Source of the DNA: the human T2T-CHM13v2.0 reference genome, Homo sapiens
Direction: 5' to 3' (one strand)
Assembly: GCF_009914755.1 (NCBI RefSeq)
Contig: NC_060928.1
DNA: 64,000 bases
The notes under the pieces were generated by a model that saw only the letters and a list, made by a program, of their open reading frames with translations, ran no database searches and was not told the DNA's origin. Below are positions 63,716-64,000 of the stretch, in pieces; the stretch's first letter is position 1; each line of letters opens with the position of its first letter. The position numbers were made by a program, and so were the translations under genes.

Positions 63716-64000
63716 ACCTTAATATACAGCTCATATTGAGGGAAGTTTTTAGGGAAAAACTTGAGCAGACCACAAAAACTTCAGATACATAAGGACAACA
63801 TAAATGGCTTATTTAGCCATGCTCTGTGGTGCTTCATACTATTAGCATTTAGCTATTTGGTTTACTCTAATTTCTTAAAAAAATAGAAATTGTATTTATT
63901 CTCAAAATGGCAAAACTATGATATAAAAATTTACAAGGCAACAATTCAGCCTGTTACAAATAATTAATACCATTGTGTGTCAACATGTCACTTAGAAATA

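Overview
Mammalian, almost certainly human, genomic DNA. It is Alu/L1/L2/MIR/LTR-rich and matches the SAP30-SCRG1 locus (4q34.1, from memory). It contains the complete 4-exon SAP30 gene (+ strand, 220 aa) with its CpG-island promoter, the convergent SCRG1 gene (- strand, 98-aa secreted protein, two coding exons plus a non-coding first exon), and a full-length decayed RPL5 processed pseudogene (- strand). The rest is mostly interspersed repeats. I see no prokaryotic-type system and no clearly novel gene. The most notable unexplained items are a nearly perfect 140-bp tandem duplication just upstream of SCRG1 exon 1, an unidentified ~3 kb coding-like segment at 51.4-54.6 kb, several small dispersed or templated duplications, candidate upstream SCRG1 mini-exons, and unusual SAP30 5' leader architecture. 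Repeat subfamily names and boundaries were judged by eye and are approximate.
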